From: Eubacteriales bacterium
GTDB lineage: Bacteria > Bacillota > Clostridia > Oscillospirales > CAG-272
Assembly: GCA_045643945.1 (NCBI GenBank)
Contig: JAZRGA010000018.1
Location: 6,774 to 70,773, forward strand
Direction: 5' to 3'
Length of the DNA: 64,000 nucleotides
A program made the position numbers and the translations under genes. Positions 1 through 9,450 of this stretch are shown here, piece by piece. Numbering within the stretch: position 1 is the stretch's first letter; each line of letters opens with the position of its first letter. Below the pieces are notes generated by a model, which saw only the letters and a list, made by a program, of their open reading frames with translations, was not told the DNA's origin and made no database searches.

Positions 1-777
1 ATAAGACTTTGTTCCGTCCTGGAAATCGGGAGAGTCGTCGGGTCTGTCACCGGGCTTTCCGATATTACCGTATGCGGTTGTAAGGCTATCTCCCAAGAAT
101 TCTACATAGAAATCCTTTTCCTTAGGCGCTTTACTGAGGATACCCTTTATCTCCAACGTCTTAATAGTTGAAAGCGACCACTTAAATTCAGTCTGTCTTA
201 CGACCTTTATATTATGGAAATAATTGCCCGAAAAGCTTGCGATAGTCAATTTTTCGGTCTTTCCGCTTCCTACCTTAAATCGAGTAGCCGAGCGCTTTCC
301 GTCTATGTAAACAGTGTAATAAGAAAATCCGTAAGCGCCGCCCTTGGAGTTAATCTCGATAACAACGTCGCCCGTAAGATATCCCTCAAACTCTATAGTT
401 GCGCAGGAATTATCAAAAATAAGTCCGTCGCTTGACACCTGAGCGCGTCCCAAGAACTTAAAGTAGGACTGATTTATAGTCGACATATTCGCAAAATTAT
501 AGGTCTTCGAAGTAAGCTTTTCAGTAGTCTTTGAAACACCCGGAATCGGAGCGGTTTCGGTCTTTTTTGCGGTTGTCTTTTTCTCGGTTTTCTTCTCTGT
601 CTTCTTTTCGGTCTGCTTATCCGTAAAAAGCTCCGAGGCATCGGTATAATAATCGCTTGCCGACTCGGAAGAATCCCCCGTACCCTCAAAATCGCATCCA
701 ACGCAAGAAAGCATTGACGCAACGCAAAGAAGAAGGCTTATTACCGCAAGTAATCTTCTTTTTACTGTATTTCTCAT
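1..777 (-). CDS. Secreted lipoprotein with SGNH/GDSL esterase domain (CE2-like jelly-roll plus esterase layout). Only the 5' portion is present; the CDS continues past the window start
   Basis: Absent from the ORF track because there is no stop inside the window. Manual minus-strand translation from the ATG at 775-777 gives MRNTVKRRLLAVISLLLCVASMLSCVGCDF (signal peptide with lipobox Cys). This is followed by a KQTEKKTEKKTEKKT linker, a ~170-aa beta-rich region, then FYVEFLGDSLTTAYGN (GDS block I), still open at base 1. Confidence 0.6.
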   Translation of the reverse strand, partial: MRNTVKRRLLAVISLLLCVASMLSCVGCDFEGTGDSSESASDYYTDASELFTDKQTEKKTEKKTEKKTTAKKTETAPIPGVSKTTEKLTSKTYNFANMSTINQSYFKFLGRAQVSSDGLIFDNSCATIEFEGYLTGDVVIEINSKGGAYGFSYYTVYIDGKRSATRFKVGSGKTEKLTIASFSGNYFHNIKVVRQTEFKWSLSTIKTLEIKGILSKAPKEKDFYVEFLGDSLTTAYGNIGKPGDRPDDSPDFQDGTKSY

Positions 778-809
778 AATATATTATCCTCCGTAAAATT
801 ATTTATGCT

Positions 810-1511
810 TTAATCCTCGCTAAGCAATTCCGCCTCTGCCCAAATCATATAATGGTCGGAATGGCTTTTTTTAACCACGTTTATATCCCCAAAGCGCCAT
901 TTATCGGTTGAATAAAGGATATTATCAATCGATATTCCGTCCTCGGGAAAGGTAATTACGGGCGTTTCCTTCTTATTTATTCTCGCAACGCCCTGCATTT
1001 CGTCAAGAGCGCCAAGGTCGGAGGTATTAAAATCCCCCGAAAGTATAAATCCCTTTTTGCTCGACAGAATTTCCGCTACGTCACCAAGCTGAGCCTCTCT
1101 GATAGACGGAGTATCAAAGGTGAGATGCGTAACCAAAAAATCCACCACCGTACCGTTTACGTCGATTTTCGTAAAGCCTATTGCTCGCTGCTCGGATTTT
1201 CCCGAATTAAGCAGCACCTTGTCTGTTGCTATTATAGGATAACGGCTAAGCACCGCAATACCGTAATCACCGCCGCCGAAATCTATCGTTTTAAAAAAAG
1301 CATAATACCTATATCCCGCCGCCTCGGAAAGCTCCTTTAATATATCCCGACCGCCGCATCTTTTAGTACCGATATCGACCTCTTGAAGTCCTACGACATC
1401 AATGTCATTCTCGGTTATATTGCTTGCTATTCTTGACATATCGTATTCTGCGTGTCCGCCGTGATAGATATTATACGAGGCGAAGCGCATTTTTTGATTT
1501 GCCAAACTCAT
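810..1511 (-). CDS. Endonuclease/exonuclease/phosphatase (EEP) family protein, no signal peptide
   Basis: 233 aa with the motifs FASYNIYHGG, VVGLQEVD, SGDFNT and SDHYMIW, typical of the EEP fold. Confidence 0.8.
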   Translation of the reverse strand: MSLANQKMRFASYNIYHGGHAEYDMSRIASNITENDIDVVGLQEVDIGTKRCGGRDILKELSEAAGYRYYAFFKTIDFGGGDYGIAVLSRYPIIATDKVLLNSGKSEQRAIGFTKIDVNGTVVDFLVTHLTFDTPSIREAQLGDVAEILSSKKGFILSGDFNTSDLGALDEMQGVARINKKETPVITFPEDGISIDNILYSTDKWRFGDINVVKKSHSDHYMIWAEAELLSED

Positions 1512-1563
1512 AGTTTTAATTTACCGTCCTTTTTAATTTTATTGCTTTTATTTTATCGCTTTA

Positions 1564-2508
1564 TTATTTTTTCTCGGTATAAGTTCCCATCGAATGTATC
1601 ATATAATGGTCGGAATAGCTATCGGTTACTACGTTTATAACGCCAAGCTTCCAATTTTCGGTAGAATATACGAGATTGTCAAGCGGAGATCTTCCGTCGG
1701 GATAGGTCACCTTTGGGTCTTCCTTGGTATTAACGAGTGCCGAGCCCTCAATTACGTTATATTCATCGAGATTTCTTGTATTAAAATCGCCCGAAAGCAC
1801 GAAATTATCATATTTTGCAAGCTCTGCCGCAATCTCCGAGAACTGCTTTGAGCGACTTGAGCCTCCGCCCTCTCCGTCATAGGAAAGATGCGTTACGAAG
1901 AAATTTATCATCGTTCCGTTTACGTTTATCTTGGTATATCCGAGAACTCTCTGCTCTGCCGAGCCCGAGGAAAGATTTATCTTTTTTGACTCCTCGATAG
2001 GATACTTACTCAAAATAGCCGTGCCGTACTCGCCTCCGTCGTGCGTTATAGCCTTGAAAAATTTATAATACTTGTAGCCCGTAAGCTCGCTGAGTCGCTT
2101 TACCTGATTTACCTTGCCCGAGCGTTTGGTATTATTGTCGACCTCTTGAAGTCCGACTATCTCGATGCCGTTATTTTTGATATTGGCGGCAATCTTCTTT
2201 AAATCCGTATTATTGCCCGCATGCATTATATTGTACGAAGCAAATCTGACGTTAAAGGTAAGAGGCGCTTCGGTCTGCTTTTCGGTTCTTTTTTCGGTTT
2301 TCTTCTGCGTTTTCTTCTCGGTCTGCTTTTCTGTTTCGCCTAATCCAAGCGTGCCCGACTCGGTAAACGCACCGCTTGCGTCACTGTCGCTCTCTCCGAA
2401 TTTATCATCAAAAGCCGTGCATCCAACGCTTGAAAGCATAGCCGAAAAGCACAAAATTGCGCTTACAAGGGCAAAAATTATCCTCTTTAGTTTTTTTATA
2501 TTTTTCAT
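1564..2508 (-). CDS. EEP family lipoprotein (secreted paralog of 810..1511)
   Basis: 314 aa. Signal peptide plus lipobox (MLSSVGCTAF), TEKQTEKKTQKKTEKRTEKQTE linker, then FASYNIMHAG, GLQEVD, SGDFNT and SDHYMI. Confidence 0.8.
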   Translation of the reverse strand: MKNIKKLKRIIFALVSAILCFSAMLSSVGCTAFDDKFGESDSDASGAFTESGTLGLGETEKQTEKKTQKKTEKRTEKQTEAPLTFNVRFASYNIMHAGNNTDLKKIAANIKNNGIEIVGLQEVDNNTKRSGKVNQVKRLSELTGYKYYKFFKAITHDGGEYGTAILSKYPIEESKKINLSSGSAEQRVLGYTKINVNGTMINFFVTHLSYDGEGGGSSRSKQFSEIAAELAKYDNFVLSGDFNTRNLDEYNVIEGSALVNTKEDPKVTYPDGRSPLDNLVYSTENWKLGVINVVTDSYSDHYMIHSMGTYTEKK

Positions 2509-2713
2509 ACGCCCCTCCGAGCCTTAAAATATATATAAATATCATTTATTTCTCTATAAATTATAACACCAAAAAATAAAAAAATCAATCTTGTACCGAC
2601 TTTTTCGCCTTTTGTAATATATTTTCGGCATTTTAAATAAAAAAGAAGTCCTCTTTTATCTAAGTATCACAAAGCAAGAGGACCTCTGATTTATTTTATA
2701 TCTTTACGCTTGA

Positions 2714-4705
2714 TTATTTAATTAACTCATTGAGCCTTGGTATAAGCTTATCCGCCATTTCAAGATAACCCTTATCGTTAGGATGATAACGGTCGGCAAA
2801 GTTTTCCTCAAGCGGAGAAACCATATCACTGCCGTCTATATACTCAATACCGTATTTTTCATATGTACTGCCGATAAATTCTCTAAAGATATCTCTTTCG
2901 GCTTTACGTCCCGAGCGACCGCTTATAGGAGTAAGTCCTATTATCTGCGAATTTTTATAAACAGATAAAAGCTTATCCAAAAACCTCGGCATATTTTCCT
3001 TAAGAGCGTCTATTCCCTTTCCGTAATCGTTTGCGCCAAAGGCAACTATTACAACGTCGGGATGATAAACGTCCTCGCTCGGCAAAATGCTCTCGTGGAA
3101 ATAAGCGCCGCCAACTCCAAAGATAACGGTATCGGCATCGTATCGGAGCGACACCTGATATGCATAAGAATTTGAATCGCTTACCGTATCCCAGCCCTGT
3201 GTTATCGAGTCGCCCAAAAAGAGTATTTTTTTACCGTAGGTATGCTTATACGGTTTGAAATACGCACCTCTTGAAAGCATCACCTTTGAAATAACGCCTG
3301 CCTCGTGGCTTGGGTATATAAGTGTAATTCTGTTTTCGCCCTTTGAGGTATCAAGCGTTTTTTTGAATATATCACCCGAGGACAGCTCTATATGGTCCTC
3401 CTTTACACCGTTAACGAAAAGCTCATATTTTTTGCCCTCGTCAACGCAAAAGCCGAAGAAATTTGAATTGGTAACGAAATCAAGCCTTACGCCGTTCGTG
3501 CGTCCCGACCATTCACCGAGCGTTTTTGAAAGCCTTGAATAAGCCTCCATCTGCTCTCTCGTGCATCTGTAAAAATGAATTTTTCCACGCGCATCCATCT
3601 CGTAATACACAGAGCCTACCGCAATACTCACCAAATCCTCATTTGAAATCACAAATGCCTTACCGTCCGCCAACAACAAAAGCTGATCCATAAGTTGCTC
3701 CTTGCTCGGCATTTTCTTATTTCCCTTTGTGGTTTCGTAATTTCCGTAATAATGATTGTCTGGCTTTAAAACCTCTATAATCTCATCTATAAGCTCCTTT
3801 GGAACTAAAGCGCTTACCGAGTCTATACCGTAGATAAACGAATACTCAAACAAATAATTCATATAAGTAGATATTCTTCTCAGAAGCTCCTTGTTATCGC
3901 CTACCACACTAAGCAAAAAGTAGATAACGGGAAGAAGGTCGTTATTAAGCTTATCAAGCTCGCAACGAAGCCTTTCGGGGCAAAGGTCACGAATAGACTC
4001 GGAATAACGACCCTTCTCGAACTTATCCTCGAGGTGAGAAAGCCTTTCATCCTTAACGCCTCTTTCATCGTCTGTAAGCCAATATTTAATTATATCGCAA
4101 GCCGCCATTTTAGCATCAATCCTTACTAAAATATCCTTCTTGAGAGTTGCGCGCTCTAAAAGCAAGGATGCGACAAGTGCAGGATTATTATCGTACTCTC
4201 CGAGCAAAGTATAAAACTCATCCTCGTTCATTCCGAATTTAGTTGCCGAAAGCATAGTCATTTTATACATGTTATCGGTAAGCCTCCTGCTTTCCTCGTC
4301 GATATCATCATCCAAATCGTCTTCATCCCATTCCAACGTTTTTTCAACCTTAGCTGGCTCGTCAAAATCGGCAACTATTGCAGACTCGTCAACGTATTCC
4401 TCGGGATATTTTGCGTCCTCAAACTCGGTAAGATGATAGTAAATATAGGCTCTGCCGTCCCAATTGTCGACGTTATGAGCGTCCGCCATCAAGCCCGCAA
4501 AGGCTCGTTGAGCGCAGCAAACACGTTTACCGTTATTAAGAACGGGAGTGCAGGAGGGATGCTCGTGATGCTCCCAACCGTTAAACTTATAATTATTCGC
4601 GCGGATATCCTCTACGATTGCATTGTACTTTTCATCACTGTCAAGCTCGGTTATGGGATATCTCTCGTCATCGTTATTCGTCCAACCTATTACCTTGTAT
4701 TTCAT
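2714..4705 (-). CDS. Cytoplasmic multidomain protein with C-terminal SGNH/GDSL hydrolase domain; N-terminal ~450 aa of unknown function
   Basis: 663 aa, no signal peptide. The C-terminus carries ILFLGDSITQGW (block I), VAFGANDY (block III) and DRYHPNDKGY (block V). Confidence 0.7.
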   Translation of the reverse strand: MKYKVIGWTNNDDERYPITELDSDEKYNAIVEDIRANNYKFNGWEHHEHPSCTPVLNNGKRVCCAQRAFAGLMADAHNVDNWDGRAYIYYHLTEFEDAKYPEEYVDESAIVADFDEPAKVEKTLEWDEDDLDDDIDEESRRLTDNMYKMTMLSATKFGMNEDEFYTLLGEYDNNPALVASLLLERATLKKDILVRIDAKMAACDIIKYWLTDDERGVKDERLSHLEDKFEKGRYSESIRDLCPERLRCELDKLNNDLLPVIYFLLSVVGDNKELLRRISTYMNYLFEYSFIYGIDSVSALVPKELIDEIIEVLKPDNHYYGNYETTKGNKKMPSKEQLMDQLLLLADGKAFVISNEDLVSIAVGSVYYEMDARGKIHFYRCTREQMEAYSRLSKTLGEWSGRTNGVRLDFVTNSNFFGFCVDEGKKYELFVNGVKEDHIELSSGDIFKKTLDTSKGENRITLIYPSHEAGVISKVMLSRGAYFKPYKHTYGKKILFLGDSITQGWDTVSDSNSYAYQVSLRYDADTVIFGVGGAYFHESILPSEDVYHPDVVIVAFGANDYGKGIDALKENMPRFLDKLLSVYKNSQIIGLTPISGRSGRKAERDIFREFIGSTYEKYGIEYIDGSDMVSPLEENFADRYHPNDKGYLEMADKLIPRLNELIK

Positions 4706-4741
4706 AGCGAATGCTCCTTTTTAAAAAAATTATATTTACCG

Positions 4742-7700
4742 CTATTGCGAAGAATTCGGTCCGTCGACAGAATATTTAGCCTTCAATATTTTATCGTCAC
4801 ATCTAATCGGCTTATCACCAAGCATAATCTGCGCCTCACCGAGCGCTATACCGTCTGCGCCGTAATAAAGATAACCGTGCTGCATCAAGGGATGATTTTG
4901 ATATCCTATCCAAACAATTCCGTTATCTCCCGCGCTTATCCCGTACGAGGATATCCATTCCGCAAAGCTTTGACCCTCTACGGCGGTAAACATACGGTCA
5001 CCTATGTAAAATTCAAAGGTTTTCTGCTCCTCGGGAATTTCTAAAATATCACCGCATTCAACGCAAGCACCGTTTTCGTAAACGTGCGTATGCCCTCCCT
5101 CGCTGACCTTAATGTATTCGATATAGCAATTACCTATCGTATGAGGAGAAGTACCCATATATTGAAACACTAAATCTGCGCCGACCAACCTATTTGCAAT
5201 CATATTTTGGTCTGTTCCGCCTATCCAATAATGATTCATCGCTCCGATTTCCTTGCCGTCAACAAAAAGATAAGGCATATTACGTCCGTTGTCAAACAGT
5301 CGGTTTTCAATTCTGTATGTATGCTCCTTAGTTCCGTCTATTCCGTTTTGAGAAAGTGATACTCCGTAATTATAATATCTTCCTCCCAAAGCCTCGCCAA
5401 AGGCTATGAAATCGCTATTATGACGGCGATACAGATACGGTGTTCCCTCGGTCGTACTATACGATGAGCCTGCAAAAAGTAATGCTCCGTCGGTTGTATC
5501 GCTCCAAGACCCCTCGGATTTCCATTCAATATACCACGGCTTATCGTGCTTTAAAACAATAGGCTCGTCCATTGTGATTTTAACGTTACTGAATTTTCCG
5601 TTTTTTATAGCTCCGGTCATTAGAGTAAGCTCGTTTTTCTTGTAAAAATCATCACTAATACTAACAATAGAATTTTCTTTAGTTTGCCAATAAAAATTGT
5701 CTTTTTCCTCAGTGATTTCTTTCTCCGCTCCGTCCTCACTGACCTTAATATAATCAATATAGCAATTGCCTATCGTATGAGGAGAAGTACCCATATATTT
5801 AAATACTAAATCTCTGCCATCCAACCAATCGACCGTTATTTTTTGGTCTGTTCCGCCTATCCAGTGATGATTCATCGCTCCGATTTCCTTACCGTCAACC
5901 AAAAGATAAGCCATATTGTGACCGTCATTTAGCACTCGGTTTTCAATTCTGTATATATGCTTCTTTATTCCATTGATTCCGTTTTGAGAAAGCGACACTC
6001 CGTAGTTATAATACCTCCCTCCCGAAGCCACACCAAAGGCTATAAAGTCGCTATTATGACGGCGATACAGATACGGAGTATCCGGGGTTGTGCTGTTTGG
6101 TGAGCCTGCAAAAAGTAATGCTCCGTCTGTGGTATCGCTCCAATAGCCCTCGGATTCCCATTCTATGTACCACGGCTTATCGTGCTTTAGAACGATAGCC
6201 TCGTCCATCGTGATTTTAACGTTACTGAATTTGCCGTTTATTATATCTCCGCTCGTTAGAGTGAGATTATTTTTCTTGTAAAAACCGTCACTAATACTCA
6301 GAATTGGATTTTCTTTGGTCTGCCAATAAAAATTGTCTTTTTCCTCAGTAATTTCTTTCTCTGCTCCGTCCTCGCTGACCTTAATATACTCGATGCGACA
6401 GTCGCCTATCGTATGGGGAGATGTACCCATATATTTGAACACCAAATCTCTACCGTTCAACCAATCGACCGCTTTTTTCTGGTCTGTTCCGCCTATCCAA
6501 TGATGATTCATCGCTCCGATTTCCTTGCCGTCAACCAAAAGAAAAGGCATATTGTATCCGTCATCAAACACTCGATTTTCAATTCTGTATGTATGTTCAT
6601 CAATTCCATTAATTCCGTTTTGCTTAAGTGATACTCCGTAATTATAGTATTTTCCGCCCACAGCCATACCGAAGGCTATAAATTCACTTTGATAACGGCG
6701 ATATAAATAGCAATTAGAATTTACGCTTTGGTTAGATTCCGAAAAGAGTAATGCTCCATCGGTGTTATCATACCAAGCGCCCTCGGACTTCCATTCAATA
6801 TACCACGGCTTATCGTGCTTTAGCAGAACAGTCTTTTCCATCTCAATTCGAACGTTTCTGAAATTTCCATTTAATATTGCTCCGCTTTTTAAAGTAAGAG
6901 CGTTTTCTTCATAAAAATCGTCAGTAACGCTTACGATAGAATTTTCTTCGGTACGCCAATAAAAGCTCTCGGGGATTTCTTTTGCTATATAAGCCTTTAT
7001 AAACACATCGTCGCTTACCGACTGAATAATAATTACACCGTTCTCATAGCATTCTGCCGTTATATCCCTGTCCCCCATAAAAACGTTAACCTCAAAATGC
7101 ATCGACGGGTCTATCGCGACAATTTCCGTCTTAAAGGGATGTGCCTCTACCGCAGCCCTTAAAGCTCCCTCCATAGCAACTACGCCGTCAAGCTCAAAGC
7201 GAACGTCGTGAACTTGACTGTACTCAAGGTACTTACTGTTTTTAAGCAAAGCGGAAGTAAAAGCATTTGAAATTGCCTCCATACCCGCACGGTTTGGGTG
7301 TAAAGTATCTCCCATAAACATTTTAAATGCGATGCTATCCGTTAAAATGCCGCAGTTGTAAAGGTCTACAACCTGCGCTCCGTACATTTTGGCAAGGCTT
7401 GCAATATCGGAATTAAATTCAAGCGGTTGAGCCGAGGTGTGAGCGTCAATCCTTTGCAAAAGAGTAAAGCAATACACCTCTGCGTCGGGATATGCTCTGC
7501 TAATCTTATCCAAAATAATAGCATACGCCTCGATAGACGTTTTAGGAGTTGCGTAGCTTACCGAATTTTCTTTTTCGATTATAAGATTATTAAAGTTAAT
7601 ATCATAAAATCTGCCCAAGCTATCTGGGTAGGTGTAAAAATCATTCGTTCCGAGAAAAATCGCTATAATATCCGGACGCTCGCCCGCATTATCACCCGTA

Positions 7701-8095
7701 TCATCGTGAAGCTGAACGCAACGGTCCAAATACGCTCCCACAGTGCCCGAGCGAGTATTTAAAAGGCAAGAGCCGCTCCAAGAATTGTTAACAAGAATCT
7801 CCATACCCAAGCGATCTGCCGTTTTCTTCCACCAAGTATCCTCAACGGCTACGTCAAATCCGCTTCTCGGATAATACACCGCTCCCTTGGCAATAGTTGA
7901 ATTAGTCGTCAATGCCGCAGAGCTATTAGAATAATTTACATAGGTTGATATACTGTCACCGAGAATTGAAATCTTTTTTCCCGTAAAATCTCCAACCTCA
8001 GCATATTCCTCCTTGTGCCATTCAAAAGCAACGCTCGGAAAAACTGCGATAACAACCATAATTACAACGAGAATAAGCGCTATACACTTTTTCAT
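4742..8095 (-). CDS. Secreted SGNH/GDSL esterase followed by three tandem ~212-aa beta-sandwich (LamG/concanavalin-like?) repeats and a Cys-containing C-terminal domain
   Basis: 1117 aa. Signal peptide MKKCIALILVVIMVVIAVFPSVAFE. SGNH blocks ISILGDSISTY, LGTNDF and DTLHPN. Three repeats each contain DKPWYIEW.SEG, YLYRR, FIAFG, YYNYGVSL, YRIENR and HHWIGGTDQ. Confidence 0.75.
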   Translation of the reverse strand: MKKCIALILVVIMVVIAVFPSVAFEWHKEEYAEVGDFTGKKISILGDSISTYVNYSNSSAALTTNSTIAKGAVYYPRSGFDVAVEDTWWKKTADRLGMEILVNNSWSGSCLLNTRSGTVGAYLDRCVQLHDDTGDNAGERPDIIAIFLGTNDFYTYPDSLGRFYDINFNNLIIEKENSVSYATPKTSIEAYAIILDKISRAYPDAEVYCFTLLQRIDAHTSAQPLEFNSDIASLAKMYGAQVVDLYNCGILTDSIAFKMFMGDTLHPNRAGMEAISNAFTSALLKNSKYLEYSQVHDVRFELDGVVAMEGALRAAVEAHPFKTEIVAIDPSMHFEVNVFMGDRDITAECYENGVIIIQSVSDDVFIKAYIAKEIPESFYWRTEENSIVSVTDDFYEENALTLKSGAILNGNFRNVRIEMEKTVLLKHDKPWYIEWKSEGAWYDNTDGALLFSESNQSVNSNCYLYRRYQSEFIAFGMAVGGKYYNYGVSLKQNGINGIDEHTYRIENRVFDDGYNMPFLLVDGKEIGAMNHHWIGGTDQKKAVDWLNGRDLVFKYMGTSPHTIGDCRIEYIKVSEDGAEKEITEEKDNFYWQTKENPILSISDGFYKKNNLTLTSGDIINGKFSNVKITMDEAIVLKHDKPWYIEWESEGYWSDTTDGALLFAGSPNSTTPDTPYLYRRHNSDFIAFGVASGGRYYNYGVSLSQNGINGIKKHIYRIENRVLNDGHNMAYLLVDGKEIGAMNHHWIGGTDQKITVDWLDGRDLVFKYMGTSPHTIGNCYIDYIKVSEDGAEKEITEEKDNFYWQTKENSIVSISDDFYKKNELTLMTGAIKNGKFSNVKITMDEPIVLKHDKPWYIEWKSEGSWSDTTDGALLFAGSSYSTTEGTPYLYRRHNSDFIAFGEALGGRYYNYGVSLSQNGIDGTKEHTYRIENRLFDNGRNMPYLFVDGKEIGAMNHYWIGGTDQNMIANRLVGADLVFQYMGTSPHTIGNCYIEYIKVSEGGHTHVYENGACVECGDILEIPEEQKTFEFYIGDRMFTAVEGQSFAEWISSYGISAGDNGIVWIGYQNHPLMQHGYLYYGADGIALGEAQIMLGDKPIRCDDKILKAKYSVDGPNSSQ
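5060..6964 (-). repeat. Three in-frame tandem coding repeats (periods 633 and 636 bp) inside the 1117-aa esterase gene
   Basis: The marker ccaataaaa (FYW codons on the minus strand) recurs at 6956-6964, 6323-6331 and 5687-5695. Copies 2 and 3 share long identical stretches, including SEDGAEKEITEEKDNFYWQTKEN. Confidence 0.85.
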
Positions 8096-8279
8096 TTTTA
8101 CCTCTACACGTTTTATATTTTTATTCCTTTTTTTACCTTTTTCATTATAGCATAGTAGGACAGAAAAGTCAATAACGCATCGAGCGTCATTTTGAGTCCT
8201 TTTTCCTTATTTTGTCACCGTTTCCAAAACCTTTTTCGTCATTTATTTCATACATTAATAATATATTTATAAATAACTA

Positions 8280-8308
8280 TTGAATTTGCTTTCAAAATAT
8301 GATATAAT
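8280..8308 (+). promoter_or_regulatory. Sigma-70-type promoter for the mdh-fumC-hdr-flx-frd operon
   Basis: TTGAAT (8280-8285), 17-nt spacer, TG-n-TATAAT (TATAAT at 8303-8308), ~120 nt upstream of the ATG at 8431. Confidence 0.55.
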
Positions 8309-8430
8309 ATAGTGAAAAATTTGTCATTTTTTTAACATAGTGCTTCAAGCCTTTACGCAAGACACTTATATAAATTGTTTTTTGAAATATTTTGTTATCC
8401 TAAAAAAATAAAATTCAGGAGAAAAATACT

Positions 8431-9372
8431 ATGCCAAAAAAGGTTACGATTATAGGCGCCGGCTCTGTCGGAGCAACGACGGCGTTTGCGCTTCTTACAC
8501 GCGGAGCCGCCTCTGAGGTGGTCTTAATAGACGTAAATAAGGACAAGGCTCTCGGCGAGGCGCTTGACATCAAGCAAGCAACCCCCTTTATCGACAACTG
8601 CGATATACGCGCAGGTGGATACGAGGATGCACGGGACTCAAATATAGTTATTATCACCTCGGGAATAGGACGAAAGCCCGGTCAAACAAGGCTTGACCTC
8701 GTTCAAACCAACGTGGACATAATAAAGCAGATAGCGCCCGAAATAGTAAAGGTTGCTCCGAACGCAATATACATACTTGTCGCAAACCCGGTGGATATTT
8801 TGACCTATGCATTTTTAAAGTACACGGGACTTCCGAAAAATCAGGTTTTCGGCACGGGAACAGCGCTCGATACCATTCGCTTGCGCACCCGTCTTTCGGA
8901 AATATACAAGGTAAATCAGCAGCAGGTGCACGCAAACGTACTCGGCGAGCATGGCGACACCTCGTTTGTGGCGTGGTCGACCGCAACAATTGCGGGAATT
9001 CCGCTCCCCGAATTTAACAACACCGTAGCGAAAAGAGCCGATTTTCAAAGCACTCTTGACGAGGTTGAGGGCTACGTCAGAAAATCGGGCGGAATAATTA
9101 TCGCTCAAAAGGGTTGTACAGTCTACGGAATAGGAATGACCTGCACTCATCTTGTAAAATCTCTTAGCGGCAGTGAAAAAACCGCTATCGCCATATCCTC
9201 GCTTCACGAGGGAGAGTACGGAATAAGCGACGTATGCTTAAGCTCTCTTTCCTTTATAGACCGAAGCGGAGTACATTCTATAATAACGCAAAGCCTCCCT
9301 CATTCCGAGCTTGAAAAGCTTCACAAATCGGCAAACGCGCTCAAAGAGGTTATTAAGGGCGTTAAATTTTAA
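8431..9372 (+). CDS. mdh: LDH-family 2-hydroxyacid dehydrogenase, predicted LDH-like malate dehydrogenase
   Basis: 313 aa. Rossmann motif KVTIIGAGSVGA and catalytic GEHGDT. The substrate loop ITSGIGRKPGQTRLDL has Arg where canonical LDH has Gln102 (GANQKPGETRLDL). The gene sits directly upstream of fumarase. Confidence 0.7.
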   Translation: MPKKVTIIGAGSVGATTAFALLTRGAASEVVLIDVNKDKALGEALDIKQATPFIDNCDIRAGGYEDARDSNIVIITSGIGRKPGQTRLDLVQTNVDIIKQIAPEIVKVAPNAIYILVANPVDILTYAFLKYTGLPKNQVFGTGTALDTIRLRTRLSEIYKVNQQQVHANVLGEHGDTSFVAWSTATIAGIPLPEFNNTVAKRADFQSTLDEVEGYVRKSGGIIIAQKGCTVYGIGMTCTHLVKSLSGSEKTAIAISSLHEGEYGISDVCLSSLSFIDRSGVHSIITQSLPHSELEKLHKSANALKEVIKGVKF

Positions 9373-9450
9373 AAGGTAAAAAATATTAATCTAAAATACA
9401 GAAAAGCAAGGAATATTCATCCTCGAATATTCAAGAAAGGACGAAAACAA

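Noticed and set aside
474-722. 82-aa Arg/Pro-rich ORF on the minus strand
   Set aside because: It is out of frame with, and fully inside, the better-supported lipoprotein/SGNH esterase CDS (1..777). Its composition is a frame-shadow of the TEKK linker codons.
5060-6964. CRISPR-like or satellite interpretation of the periodic repeats
   Set aside because: The period is ~635 bp, the repeats are in frame and they encode a folded-domain-like sequence. There are no short direct repeats with unique spacers anywhere in the window.
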